A stretch of 64,000 nucleotides of DNA from contig OZ024742.1 in the NCBI GenBank assembly GCA_964016885.1, positions 243,412,001-243,476,000 of the forward strand, given 5' to 3'. Of this stretch, positions 1-13,600 are shown one piece after another; position 1 is the stretch's first letter, and each line of letters opens with the position of its first letter. The DNA is from Eledone cirrhosa. Taxonomy: Eukaryota. The translations under genes and the position numbers were made by a program. Below the pieces are notes generated by a model. It worked only from the letters and a program-made list of their open reading frames with translations. It made no database searches and had not been told where the DNA came from.

Positions 1-144
1 CCTTGGACGACATACGGGGCATGCAGAGGGGAGGGGAAGTTGGTATGTAGGTCTTCCATAAAAAAAACTTTGCTCAAACTTTGTGCCTCTAGGTTCAAAA
101 CCCATGGTCTTTCGTGACACTCACGATTTATGTATATATATATA

Positions 145-784
145 TCTGTATATATACAAAATTAAGTATGTGTGTGTGTGTCTGTGTGTCTGTGTATTAC
201 CTAAAGGGGCCTATATCATACGACCGATTTTCATGAAACTTTACAGGCTCATAGATTAGTCATCGGGGAGTGTTTTCTATATATCAGCGTTTCGTTTTTT
301 TATTCCGGGGTCATTCTGCAGATAAAAATCAATAGGGGGGGGGGTACCTTTTGTAGGTATCGAAAAATAAGATTTCTGGCTCTAGCTCCCACATTAATCA
401 ACCTACTTTGGTCAAATTTTACACTACGCTAGATCTGGTTATTTCACGTCTTAAAGTGGCTTTACATTTGGGATTTTTTTTCAGGAACGGCGTGGCAGCC
501 GCTTAAATGTTCGAAAATACCACCTTTTCGCTCAAATTTCCGCCTTTTCGGCTCTAGCTCCCACATTTTTCAACCGATTTCGTTCAAATTCGAAACTCCC
601 TCCCCCAGCATGCCCCTTCATCAGTCACCCGCGTTTCTCAGTGATAGAGGTCATCACCACCCTCCCCCGCATGGCCTGTGTGTGGCCATAGATGAGTCAT
701 CGAGAAGCAGTCGCTAAGATGAACACCTTTTCATCAAAGCAGATATTATGTTACCTACCCAGGCAACGCTGGGTACTGCTGCTA

Positions 785-785
<1 letters not shown>
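145..785 (+). mobile_element. Non-autonomous Helitron/Helentron-like element
   Basis: Starts with TC after an A in a TA run and ends CTAG|T at 782-786. A hairpin TACCCAG-GCAACG-CTGGGTA (756-775) lies just upstream of the end. There is a 5' GT microsatellite, recurring ACCGATTTT motifs and no TSD. Confidence 0.75.
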
Positions 786-843
<58 letters not shown>

Positions 844-1132
844 AGTGAAATGACAGGAGGCCAAATATGTTGAATTTCATTAATTTTTTGTTTCTGCAAA
901 CACTATGCACATGTCAGTGGCCAGGTTGCGTAAGAACGCAGTGACCTTATCAGGTTTAAATTGCGTAATAGATGTATACCAACGGAATGATGGTAAACCT
1001 TAAGGAAACAAGCAAAGAAAAATCAGAGAGGAAAAAGTGTGTATTATGTCTATGACTCAGAGACGGATGAAGTAGCATGCTGCCATATTGCTCCCCCATC
1101 TCTGAGTGTGTGTATATATATATATATATATA

Positions 1133-1353
1133 TAGGAACCAGTAAGACCCCGACAGCTGAGCTCAAGCCGTTTCGACGGCTAATTCTGGACTAAATGAAA
1201 ATTTAAATTTTCATTTAGTCCAGAATTAGCCGTAGAAACGGCTTGAGCTCAGCTGTCGGGGTCTTACTGGTTCCTATTACGCACTCTACTACCTCAAGTA
1301 TTGAGTACTTTGGTGCGTTATGGTCCACCTGGTTCCTTACCACATTTCCTTCG

Positions 1354-1356
<3 letters not shown>
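1133..1356. repeat. Fold-back mini-element in (TA)n: 144-bp near-perfect palindrome (1133-1276) plus a unique tail
   Basis: Arms are complementary around the 1204/1205 centre with one mismatch. A homologous copy lies at 47269-47445. Confidence 0.85.
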
Positions 1357-1439
<83 letters not shown>

Positions 1440-1629
1440 TGAGGGTCACAGAAATATTTACTAAACAATATTTACTAAACATTTGGTTAAGTCACTGGAC
1501 ACTATGACTATTCTTTCGTGTTTTGTATCAATCACATATTACCTGATCTTGACCTTCAAGAACCGATGCGAGTCTTCTTGTTTTAGCCCCAATTTAATGC
1601 TGATTGAGCAGACCAATGTTCAAAAGTGT

Positions 1630-1950
1630 AAAGGCGCATTAGTTAGTTAGTGGTCGAGGTGTTTGGTTCACGATCGTAACATCGTGAGATCGATCTCCAG
1701 CGTGTTATGTTCTTCAGCAAAACACTTTATATTAAGTTGCTCCAATCCATTCAGTTGTCAAAAATGAATTGTACATGTAAATCCTGAGGCGAGTCTTATC
1801 ACACTTTATGTCATGCTGGATCTCCCTGAGAGCTAAGTTAAGGGTGTACGTGGAATGAATGCTCAGCCATTCGCACATAAATTTCACTGACAGGCTGCTC
1901 CACTGTCAGAACAACTGGGACATTTGTCATCAGAACAGGTAGAGTTCTAG
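1630..1950 (+). mobile_element. tRNA-derived SINE, family A (long, diverged variant)
   Basis: Degenerate A/B-box head (TAGTGG...GATCGATC) followed by the family core TGTTCTTCAGCAAAACACTTTAT. Confidence 0.65.
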
Positions 1951-1974
1951 CATACATATGCTCGCTCGCTCTGG

Positions 1975-2232
1975 TCGATCGACAAGTTCCCAGACCTCAT
2001 TCGCTTGCCGAGTGGGGTGGACCTCGTCAAATAATCGGAACAGGAAAACAATGTTTCCATTGGTCTTTCGAATTGTTAATGCTATCTACTGTTCGCAACT
2101 TCTGGCAGAAAGAACAACATGAAATAAAGTGTCTTGCTCAAGGACATAACGCATCACCCGTTCCGAGAATTGAACTTGCAACCTAACGATTGCGAATCCA
2201 ACTTTCTAACCACTAAGCCCAACGCCTTCACT
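1975..2232 (-). mobile_element. tRNA-derived SINE, family A
   Basis: Reverse complement of the 6647-6862 copy (GTGAAGGCG..TAGTGG..GTTCAATT..GAGCAAGACACTTTATTTCA). Confidence 0.8.
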
Positions 2233-2489
2233 ATACTCACACACACATGTTCAAAAATGTTCCAGCCTTGACCATCACCTCTTCTCTTTTTTTTTTTTTT
2301 TTTTCGTGCATATTATATTTAGAACTACACAATCCTATTCGTTTTCTTCTTTTAAGACAACAGTGTCTTTATCGACAACCTATATTATTCAACAGCTAAA
2401 CCAATGCTGAAACTATTGCGGCTATAGGGATTTCCTTGCGAAATGTATAATACAGCTTAATAGTTAATTCTGTTTTGTTATTAGTTTTT

Positions 2490-2890
2490 ACTGGGAAGGG
2501 TGGAAGATTGACAGTAGAACCGATAGAGCGTCTGACACCATGCTTTGTGGTATATAATTACGGCCCTTTAGGTTCTGAGTTTAAATCCCGCTGAGGTTAA
2601 CTTTGTCTTTCATTCTTACGGGGTCGATAAAATAAAGTACCATTAGCATTAGGGTCGATTTAATTGACTTTCCCCTTCCCTTCAAATTGCTGGCCTTGGG
2701 CCGAAATGTGGAAACAATTATTATTTTTACTAGGCTATAATAATAATTGTTTCTACTTTTGGCACAAGGTCAGCAATTACCCCAGTGCAATTACTGGTAC
2801 TTTATTTTATCGATCCCGTAAGGATGAAAGGCAAAGTTAACCTCAGCGGGATTTGAACTCAGACCGTAAAGGGGCGTAACTCTATGCGTA
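2490..2890. mobile_element. Two family-B SINEs tail-to-tail (2490-2725 +, 2745-2890 -)
   Basis: Both carry the core GTTCAAATCCCGCCGAGGTTAACTTTGCCTTTCATCCTTACGGGGTCGATAAAATAAAGTACC, which resembles the Nin/Deu SINE domain. Both end in (ATT)n tails. Confidence 0.8.
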
Positions 2891-4837
2891 GGCTATAATA
2901 TATAACTTTTATAGTACAACTAATTGGTATAAAATTCGATTTGAGTTACCAACTGTCCAGTTCCAGATTTGTATAGGCGTGCGAAGTTGTTGAATCCTTG
3001 TTTGCACCATTGAATCTATTTCAAACAGCATTTCATAATTATTACACGTGTGTGGGAGGGTGCATTTGAGTGTATCCCAGAGCTGGGTTAACCATTAACC
3101 AAGATAAGCACGTATCAAGGGAAGAGGGGTATTATTTTATTAAAACTAATTGCATTTATCATTTCAAAAAACGATTTTTTTTTTTTTTTGCAGACTTTAT
3201 ATATGGTGGGATGGGGTAACACCATAACCTTTTAAGTGTCTAGGGCCGCAAAAGGAATCAGTTTTACCCTGTAGTATTCGCAGGCGTGTGCGCATGTGTG
3301 CATGTGTATCTACATATGTGTGTGTATGTGTGTATGTAAGTGTGTATATATATATATATATGTGTATATATATGTGTGTGTATGTAAGTGTGTGTGTGTG
3401 TATATATATATATGTGTGTGTGTATGTGTGTGTATGTGTGTGTATGTATGTGTGTGTGTGTGTGTGTGTGTCCGTATCCTTGTGTAGTTTAATTTGTTAC
3501 GAATGTTCGTAAACCCATATAACCTTCACAGCTGACTAGCTTCCAGAGTAGATGTTTGGGTTTACCGTTTGCTACGAATGTTAGCGCCTGCTGCAATGTT
3601 TATTGCTATACCAAATAGAGTTGACCCGCCGAGAATGAATACGGAACGTAAAGGTCGTACCAGCTCTCTTAGCTGCCAAGGATAACCAGATTCCGTTTGC
3701 TTTTACTAATAGACTCCTAGCTACTTATTCTCTGCTTGAAACACTAATAAATTGTTTTTACTTTGAAGGGAAGCCGTCAGTCAAAAGTTCTCTTGCCAAT
3801 GAAAAACAAACAAAAATAATGTCTAGTTTTTATGTGTTTGTTTATATGTGTTTGTGTGTATGTTTTTGTGTGTGTTTGTGTATGTCTACACGAGTTTGTG
3901 TGCGTTTGTGTATGTCTACACGAGTTTGTTTGTGTGTATGTTTGTGTGTGTCTACACGAGTTTGTGTGTTTGTGTGTATGTGTGTGTGTTTGTGTGTATG
4001 TTTTTGTGTGTGTTTGTGTGTATGTTTTGTGTGTGTTTGTGTATGTCTACGCGCGTTTATGTGTCTGTGTATGTTTGTGTGTGTCTACACGCGTTTGTGT
4101 GTGTGTGTGTGCGTGTGTGCATATGTGTGTTTGAATGTGTGATAAGCGAACAGCTTTGTGTATGTAAGTGCTTGTGTGCGTGTGTGGAAGACAGAGCTTG
4201 TTTTTGTATTTTGTTTCTATGTGTGCCAGGGTGTTTCCGGGGATAAGTGAATAATATTATGTATGCATGAGTGTGTGTGTGTGTGTATGTGTGTGTGCGT
4301 TTATATGAGTGTGTATGCGTGAGTGTGTAATGTGTATATGAGTGTGTATGCGTGAGTGTGTAATGTGTATATGAGTGTGTATGCGTGTGTGAGTGTGCAT
4401 GCGTGTGTATGTGTGTATGTATACGCATGTATACGCCTATATGTGTAAAAGAATAAATACAGGAGAGGGGGAGATAAAAGAGAGGTGGAAGGGTTCAAAT
4501 TCTGTAGAATTATAACTGATGTTTTTCACTCCTTTTGCTTTTACTTATATCTTTTTTATTTATATCTTTACATTCTATTTATCGTCTGTTTTTTTGTGGT
4601 GTTGGTAGAGTTGAATGTAGTGGGCGTGGAGAATGTTGTCAGACGTAGTTCAGATGAGAAGCACTATTTTCCTGACACTTTTGGTTCAGCTTGGCTTGAA
4701 ATAAATTCCTAATTGGACGAAATCTTCATATTTTCTGTCTATATAAACTGTTTGAAATTTCAGCTTTATATCTGCAACTTTTGCAGATATTCCATTCTTA
4801 CCGTGCCACGTGAAAGTATTTCCTAGTTATTGTTAAA

Positions 4838-5235
4838 TAAAGGCGCTTGGTTTAGTGGTTAGAGAATTAGATTCACAATCGTGAGGTTGTGAGTTCGATT
4901 CCCGAGCTGGGCGATGTGTTATGTCCTTGAACAAGACACTTTATTTCCTGTTGTTCTTTCTGCCAGAAGTTGCGAACAGTAGATAGCATTAACAATTCGA
5001 AAGACCAATGGAAACATTGTTTAGTAGTTAGAGAATTGGATTCACAATCGTGAGGTTGTGAGTTCGATTCCCGAGTTGGGCGATGTGTTATGCTCTTGAG
5101 AAAGACACTTTATTTCCCGAAGTTGCGACAGGTAGATAGTATTAACAATTGGAAAAACCAATGGAAACATTGTTTCCTTGGCCTGATCTGACAAGTTCCA
5201 CCCCACTCAGGAAGCGAATGGGATCTTGTCGATCT
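4838..5235 (+). mobile_element. Family-A SINE with internal tandem duplication
   Basis: The head-plus-core unit occurs twice (about 4850-5020 and 5021-5170). Confidence 0.75.
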
Positions 5236-5507
5236 ATAAAATAATATTATTAAATAAATATAGACCAAGTACAGTATAACTACTCCTTTCATGTTTCGCA
5301 CGAGATACAGTGGAAGCTGACTAGTACAATTATTTCGTAGTGAAGTCATTTTTTTTTCTTAACAATAACCGACTGATAACATTAAGCAAATAAAATATTT
5401 GGTACACTCTAATCTTAATAACAATAACTTGCTTATGTTCGTGGTTGTAATAGGCGGTTTCTATTCTATAAATATGGTGATGTTTCGATATAGGTATACA
5501 TAAGTAT

Positions 5508-5782
5508 AGTGGAGGCACGTGGCCTAGTGGTAACGGTGTTGGACTTACGATCATATCGTGAGTTCGATTCCTGGGTCGCGTGTTGTGTTCTTGAGCAAAG
5601 CACTTCACTTCCCGTTGCTCCAGTATACTCAGCTGAAAATGAGTACCAGCAATAGCTGGACGTTTAACCCTGCGATGGACTGGCGTCCTGTCCAGGGAGG
5701 AGTCTTGTACTCTCAGCCGCTTCATGCCATGAAACCGGGATAAGCCCCGGCCAAATGAGCCTTCTGCCTTAAGACAGACTAT

Positions 5783-5785
<3 letters not shown>
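5508..5785 (+). mobile_element. tRNA-derived SINE (family A relative)
   Basis: A box GTGGCCTAGTGG, B box GTTCGATTCC, core TGTGTTCTTGAGCAAAGCACTT, and a 3' motif CCCTGCGATGGACTGGCGTCCTGTCCAGGG. Confidence 0.8.
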
Positions 5786-5827
<42 letters not shown>

Positions 5828-6277
5828 AAATGTATGTGGGGGGGGGGTGCAGCGACTAGGCGATGCTTATGTGTAAGTATGTATGTGAATTTGAGTCATG
5901 TGTCTGTGTGTTCGCAGAGAGAGAAGAGAAAGAGAGAGACACAGAGAGAGAGGCGGAAGAGAGAGGTAGAGAGAGAGAGAGATAGAGAGAGGGAGAGAGA
6001 CTATTAGGTGAGAAATGTATGTACCGTGATATGATATATTTAATGCTGACATACAATCGTCGCAATTTAACATGTTTTGAGTCATTGAGTCGAGGCTGTC
6101 ACCAATTATAAAGCTAAAACAGACACTGAAGTAAAAATAAATGCGCGCGTACACACACATGCACTCATACATATAGGAATACACCCACACACATATATAT
6201 TTATAGGATTGTAAGTATATATATATACATTAGTAAATTGCTGACAACAATGGGTGGGCACTCGTTTCTATTGGTTA

Positions 6278-6352
<75 letters not shown>

Positions 6353-6363
6353 CATACACATAC

Positions 6364-6395
<32 letters not shown>

Positions 6396-6396
6396 C

Positions 6397-6524
6397 ATGT
6401 TTAGTATAGAAATGGCTTCTACAGGACTAGAACTGTTTCATTGAAAAGAAATCAGGGTTTTCCTGATGATTTCTTTAGAATGAAACAGTTCTTGTCTTGT
6501 AGAAGCTATTTCTATATTAAACAT
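6397..6524 (+). repeat. Fold-back element with a hammerhead-like core
   Basis: Imperfect 128-bp palindrome next to (TA)n, with CTGATGA (6463-6469), a short stem and GAAAC (6482-6486). A related arm occurs at about 7455-7495. Confidence 0.65.
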
Positions 6525-6588
6525 CCTGTTTACCCTCTACTACTGTATTGAATACCTTACTTACTTTGGTTACCTCCGATTGAACCCG

Positions 6589-6631
<43 letters not shown>

Positions 6632-6646
6632 TATATATATATATAT

Positions 6647-6862
6647 AGTGAAGGCGTGTGGCTGAGTGGTTAGAGAATTGGATTCGCAATCGTAAGGTTG
6701 TGAGTTCGATTCCTGGACCAGGCGATGCGTTATGTCCTTGAGCAAGACACTTTATTTCACGTTGCTCCTTCTACCTGGAGTTGCGACCGACAGATAGTAT
6801 TAGCAATTGGAAAGACCAATGGAAACATTGTTTCCTCGGTCCGATTTGACGAAAGTCGATCG
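6647..6862 (+). mobile_element. tRNA-derived SINE, family A
   Basis: Intact A box (TGGCTGAGTGG), B box (GTTCGATTCC) and core GTCCTTGAGCAAGACACTTTATTTCACGTTGCTCC. Close copies lie at 55270-55487 (+), 58617-58833 (-) and 29320-29478 (-). Confidence 0.85.
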
Positions 6863-6866
6863 ATTA

Positions 6867-6941
<75 letters not shown>

Positions 6942-7039
6942 GGGAGAGGTGAAAAAAAATCCCTACTTAACCTTATTAATCATTTTATTAATTATTGGTC
7001 GATTTTCATAAAACATGTTTTATTTTGAACAGTATAACG

Positions 7040-7385
7040 ATAGAAGTACAGTACAGTGTTAACAGGCACCAGTATTTGTATTTGTCTGGGTGTATCCTCG
7101 ACTGACTTCAGAGAAATATGTTCGTTACTACATGACAAATACGATCCTCCCACTGTGTCAGAGTTTTTGGTTTTGAGCTATTAAGTTCTTCTTTGGCCCA
7201 CCTCTACCGGAAAAAGATTATATGACATTAAGTCAGGGCTTCTTGCTGGCCATTCATGTGGACTTCAATGACTCAGCCAACGTCCTGGATATTGCACATC
7301 AAGTCACTCATGGACAGTGCGTACAAAATGAGAAGGTGCCGCCATTTTGCATATGAAGTTATTAATATTATCCCAAGTGGTCACA
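7040..7385 (-). pseudogene. Degenerate Tc1/mariner-superfamily transposase C-terminal fragment
   Basis: Manual minus-strand translation through a frameshift and stops gives QNG/APSHFVRTVHE*LDVQYPGRWLSH*SPHEWPARSPDL, matching the QDGAPPH...WPxRSPDL motif of this superfamily. Confidence 0.75.
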
Positions 7386-7716
7386 GTAGGCTAAACGTTA
7401 TAAGTAATTTTCAATAGGGAGTTTCTTTTCATCCACCCTATATATATCTTTACTTAATATAGAAATGACTTCTACAGGACTAGAATAACTGTTAATCACC
7501 TCTTTTTAACTGTAGTCACCTCCTGATGCCCATGGAGATTCCACCCAATATATATATAATTAATAAATGAAACAAATAAAACACAGTAGGAAAATTTACA
7601 TAGTTATATAGTTATATTAGGTTCACGCTTGGAAGTAAGTGGAGGGGTTTTAAAGTTTCGGACAGAAGTCTTTCTTTGGGAAAATTCAGATAAGGAGTGA
7701 ACAGATAGACGTAAGA

Positions 7717-7816
<100 letters not shown>

Positions 7817-7824
7817 ATTTATAT

Positions 7825-7882
<58 letters not shown>

Positions 7883-8091
7883 GTAGAATATTAGAAGGTA
7901 ATATCCGTAGTGGTAGAGCACTCAGTCCATGGGACGAGTTAGGTAGGAGTGGTTACACAACTGAGGATCTGATATGATTCCAGTTCCTTGGAGGACTAAC
8001 AACACACCCAGGAGCTGGATATATCGATGTATTGACAGAGTGGAACACACTTCAACAACATGTGTACCTGTCTTTTCCACACTAATTCGGA

Positions 8092-8144
8092 CTGCCTGAA
8101 GAGGTCACAGCCAATAATAGCTGTCACCGAAAGATATATAGCAG
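8092..8144 (+). ncRNA. Minimal type-I hammerhead ribozyme motif within a 7880-8200 repeat
   Basis: ctgc-CTGAAGA-ggtcacagc[caataata]gctgtcacc-GAAA-gatata-TA-gcag. Stem I (ctgc/gcag), stem II and both core boxes are present. Confidence 0.7.
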
Positions 8145-8189
8145 ATAATTTATAATAAACGAAGCCAAATTTTACATGTTTGACTTACT

Positions 8190-8270
<81 letters not shown>

Positions 8271-8989
8271 ACAATTAAAGAACAGATTTAGAAACTGAAG
8301 AAAACAAACGGTAGATTACTCCATGTATGTGTCTCTTAGATACTCTATTTTTTTATGAGGACGTAATCTTAAGGTTCCGTATTCGAGTGCGCTGCATAAC
8401 ACCTTGGGCTGGTGCCGTTTACTATGAACTCGGATCGACCTAAGCTTTGTAAATAAAACTGGGTGGACTGAAACTGTTTGGAAGCTTGTTGGATGGACTG
8501 TACCTGTAATTCAAGGATCAGTTTCATTGCATATCGTGTCTCGCTGAATCTCCTGGGATTTACATAGAGTATATGTATCTGTGGAATACTCAACCACTTA
8601 CATGTTAATATTTCGAGCAGAATGTTCTATTGATCGAACAATTGAAATATCCATCATCATCATCGATGGATGTTTTTCCATTTTTGATATTTTTCTCCAG
8701 TTTCACCTCAATAATTTTACTAACCCTCTTCTTGATTAATCGCTATTTACGATCTGAGTTCGAATCCAAGTCGGTAAAATTAACTACCGTTAAGTATCAG
8801 AGATGATTTAATCCACTAAACTTCACCCACTCAAATTTCGAGGCATTGTGTCTCTATTGTATGTATGGAGAAAATCTGTTGTTTGTTTTAAATGTTCACG
8901 ATATTCAATCGAGTAACGGCAGAATGAGACATGGGAGAGAGAGATTTAGCTGCGATTTTTAATAGATCAAGTGATCGTATAAATACCAG

Positions 8990-9300
8990 GCCCCCGTTGA
9001 CACGTTCTTTGATTGTAGGGAGTGTAGGGAAATGACTCATCAAATCGGAGTTTATCCTGGTTCCATGATGCATTAAGCTACTGAGAGTGCAACACTCCTC
9101 CCTGGACGAGACATAAGTTCGTCGAAAGGTTAATCCCCAGTTACCACTGGGATTAACTTTTACAACTGAACATATTCGAGCAACGTGAAATAAACTGTAT
9201 TTCTCGAGGACATAATTCACTACCCGGTCGTGAGCCCGACATTCTAATCATTTAGCCATGCACCCTCACTTGCTAATTTCCTTAAGAATCTGGCGTCTAC
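8990..9300 (-). mobile_element. Diverged family-A-type SINE
   Basis: Contains GAGCAACGTGAAATAAA and the reverse complement of the 3' part of the 5508-5785 SINE. Confidence 0.55.
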
Positions 9301-9407
9301 GGACACATTTCCCATAGTGTATAAATGATTTATACCATTTATAAAATTACGGCTCAATAACGGGGAGAGCGGGGAGAGAAAAAAGAAAGAGGGGAAGCGA
9401 AAGAGGA

Positions 9408-10695
<1,288 letters not shown>

Positions 10696-11488
10696 GGGGG
10701 GGGTGACTACCAGCAGAAGAGTTGACGTTTCGTATCCTTATCCTTCAACACTGTACTGTGTCTTGTCTGAAGCCAGAACATTTAGCTTCCAAATGATGAC
10801 GTAAATGACAGGCTTCTGAAGTTTACGCCTTCCAAATTCCACTCACAAGGTCAACCAAAGGCCATAGTAAAAGACAATTGCTCTTGGTACTCGGCAGGAT
10901 TGAACCCAGAGAACCACATAAATACACATACACATACACGCATATATATAGCAGGTTAAAATTATATGTATATGCCTGTTTGTCTGTTAGTGTATATATA
11001 AATATTCAGTGTACCCCCGCCAATCACGGTCCCGGTTATTCGCGGAATTTTCCTTAGGACCTAACTAATAGTTGTTCGTGGAAACCATCGCATGTTCGCG
11101 GAATCGTAAATATCGTGAGATAATGTAAAATCCAGAAAATATGGAATAATTTTTCATGGCAACAATAAGTATAATAGTAGATGAATCACTACCTCTTTAC
11201 GGATAACTGATGGTGTACACCAGCTCCGAACTCCCACTGTCATCGCCTCCATCTCTCTCTATTATGAGCAAATGGGATCCCACATACTGGCCACCCCACG
11301 GCCCCGGCGGACAGATACCGCGATTTTTTTAATGGCCTTTTTCGTGATAATATATATTTTTTAACGCTAAATTAATAATAGCAATATACCGTATTTAGCG
11401 GCCTATTAGACCACTGTTTATCTAAAGACATTTTTTTTTTATTCCAACCCGCCCGTCCCCTTAATCTATCTTATTTCTCTTTCTTCTT

Positions 11489-11524
11489 TCTTCTGATGAA
11501 GGACTAGCGTCCGAAACGTTTAGA
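11489..11524 (+). ncRNA. Minimal hammerhead ribozyme motif in a short Penelope-type repeat (about 11430-11560 plus 12456-12510)
   Basis: tctt-CTGATGA-a-ggac[tagc]gtcc-GAAA-cgtt-taga. Decayed relatives lie at 39520-39556 (-), 40215-40250 and 40420-40460. Confidence 0.65.
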
Positions 11525-11561
11525 CCCTCTTCATGCTATATCAAGCGTTAACCTTAATATA

Positions 11562-12453
11562 CGAGGTGGGTCAGAAAAGTTCCAGGACTGATTTAACAAA
11601 AGATTTATTTCAAACCCAAACTTCATACTAGAGTTTTCTCCTTCAAAGTAATCCCCCTGGACTCTAATGCACTTTTCCACCCTTTTCTGCCACGCTTGCA
11701 TGCACTCCTGGAAGGATTCTTCCGGGATCCTCTGCAGTTCCGTCGTCACGGCATTTTTGATGTCGTCCACTTCAAAACGAGTCCTCTCCGGGTCGTACTC
11801 GAATATCCATGACTCATCACCGGTGATGACTGTCCCTAGCAAGTCTGGTTCGGTTTCAAGACGCTCGAGGATGTCCTGGCACACTTGCATGCGTCGACCC
11901 TTCTGGTCATCGTTCAGCAGTTTTGGACCCATCTTCGCGCAGACTTTCCGCATGTCCAAATCTTCAGTGAGAATCTTCCAGACGCTGTCCCGATTCATGC
12001 CCAGCTCATTTGCCATCAGTCGAACAGTCAGCCGACGATCGCTACGCATCATCTGCCTGACGCGCTCAACGTTGACCCCAGTCCTGGTGGTTGAGGGCTT
12101 TCCGCTCCTGGGGTCATCTTCCACGTCCTCGCGTCCTTCTTTAAACCTCTTACACCACTCAAAAACACGTGAGCGTGACATCGTCTCATCTCCATACACT
12201 TGCTGCAGCAATCCCAGTGCTTCTGGCGGAGTTTTCAAGTTTGTTCGTTGCTCTGTGCTCATTGCTTGACGACCTGAAACAGAGGACATGTATATAAATT
12301 TATGAAGAAAAAAGTTTGATCGCTGGAGAGAGCTAAGATTACAGTTACATACACCAGGGGGATTACTTTGAAGGAGAAAACTCTTAGTGTGAAGTTTGGG
12401 TTTGAAATAAATCTTTTGTGACATCAGTCCTGGAACTTTTCTGACACACCTCG
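11562..12453 (-). mobile_element. Mariner transposon, internally deleted non-autonomous copy 1
   Basis: About 100-bp TIRs (CGAGGTGGGTCAGAAAAGTTCCAGGACTG... / ...CAGTCCTGGAACTTTTCTGACACACCTCG) and a TA TSD. The ORF has an HTH region (QVYGDETMSRSRVFEWCKRFKEGREDVEDDPRSG), a WVPK-equivalent MGPKLL and TGDESW, but most of the DD34D domain is missing. Confidence 0.93.
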
Positions 12454-12510
12454 TATACCTTCCATATACTGTACCGATTGTGTTGTTATTTCTGTTTACC
12501 TTTTACATAC

Positions 12511-12541
<31 letters not shown>

Positions 12542-12666
12542 CTCATACTTATATGTATGCACGTACTTATATAAGTATAGAGATATACACATATATACAC
12601 ACACACATACATATGTGTGTGTGTACATATGTGTATACGTATGTGCAAATATGTGTGTGAATATGC

Positions 12667-12702
<36 letters not shown>

Positions 12703-12869
12703 GGACAATTATACAAAAAAAAAACGTTTATAAATAATTTATGTAAATATTATTCAAGCCGCTCTCTTTAAATATGTTTATTGTAAGTACACGAGAAAGA
12801 CAAGTTTTTAAAACTAATTAGCTAATTTAACTAATTAGTATTTGAAAACTAACTGCAAAATAGTTATTT

Positions 12870-13040
12870 AATTGTTTCTACTTTTGGCACAAGGCCAGCC
12901 ATTATCCAGTGTATTACTGGTACTTTATTTTATCGACCCCGTAAGGATGAAAGGCAAAGTTAACCTCGGCGGGATTTGAACTCAGACCATAAAGGGCCTT
13001 AACTCTTTGCAGCAAAGCATGGCGTCAGACCCTCTACCGA
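12870..13040 (-). mobile_element. Family-B SINE
   Basis: Reverse complement of the family core. Confidence 0.75.
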
Positions 13041-13230
13041 TAAAGTCAATCTTAGGCGTACTTGGACCCCGTACAGTCGACCTCCTTCACAAGATCGGAA
13101 TGTCGGCTGCCCGTCTGAGCAAGGAGCCCCACAAGGTGTTGCAGTGGGTTTCGCTGGCCATTGTCCGCGGGAATCCTTTTGCGGACTTGTCCGCGGGGCG
13201 CAGCCCTTCCACCACCTCGCCCTAGGCCCA
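13040..13230 (+). pseudogene. CRE-clade-like non-LTR retrotransposon 3' fragment
   Basis: LGVLGPRTVDLLHKIG...LQWVSLAIVRGN resembles the C-terminus of CRE-type restriction-like endonucleases (ExxGxxGP...QRLSxAIxRGN). Confidence 0.6.
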
Positions 13231-13379
13231 GAGTCCAATCATCCTCCCCCTTCCCCCCCTCCCCATTCTTCTGTTTTACACTAGAGTCCCTGCCATTCCC
13301 CACTTTCCGTTTTTTTTTTCTTATTCTCTTTTTTTCTCTATATTTTCCTATTTTACATTCCATTCTTTTCAATCTAAGG

Positions 13380-13600
13380 GCAGTAGATTGGCAGTATCGG
13401 TAGAACGTCAGCCACCATGCTTCACAACATAGAGTTACGATCCTTTACGTTCTGAGTTCAAACCCCGCCGTGGTTAGCTTTGCCTTTCATCTTTACGGGG
13501 TCGATAAAATAAAGTACCAGTCACGCACTGGGGTCGATTTAATCGACTTTTCCCTTCCCTTCAAAGTGATGGCCTTGTGCCTATATAAGAAACCATTCTT
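13380..13600 (+). mobile_element. Family-B SINE
   Basis: TGGCAGTATCGGTAG head, GTTCAAA B box and family core. Confidence 0.8.

Noticed and set aside
6647-6725. SINE heads as functional tRNA genes
   Set aside because: They run directly into repeated SINE bodies and lack a proper acceptor stem and terminator.
11667-12269. 200-aa plus-strand ORF (also 46475-46816)
   Set aside because: It is the antisense frame of the mariner transposase.
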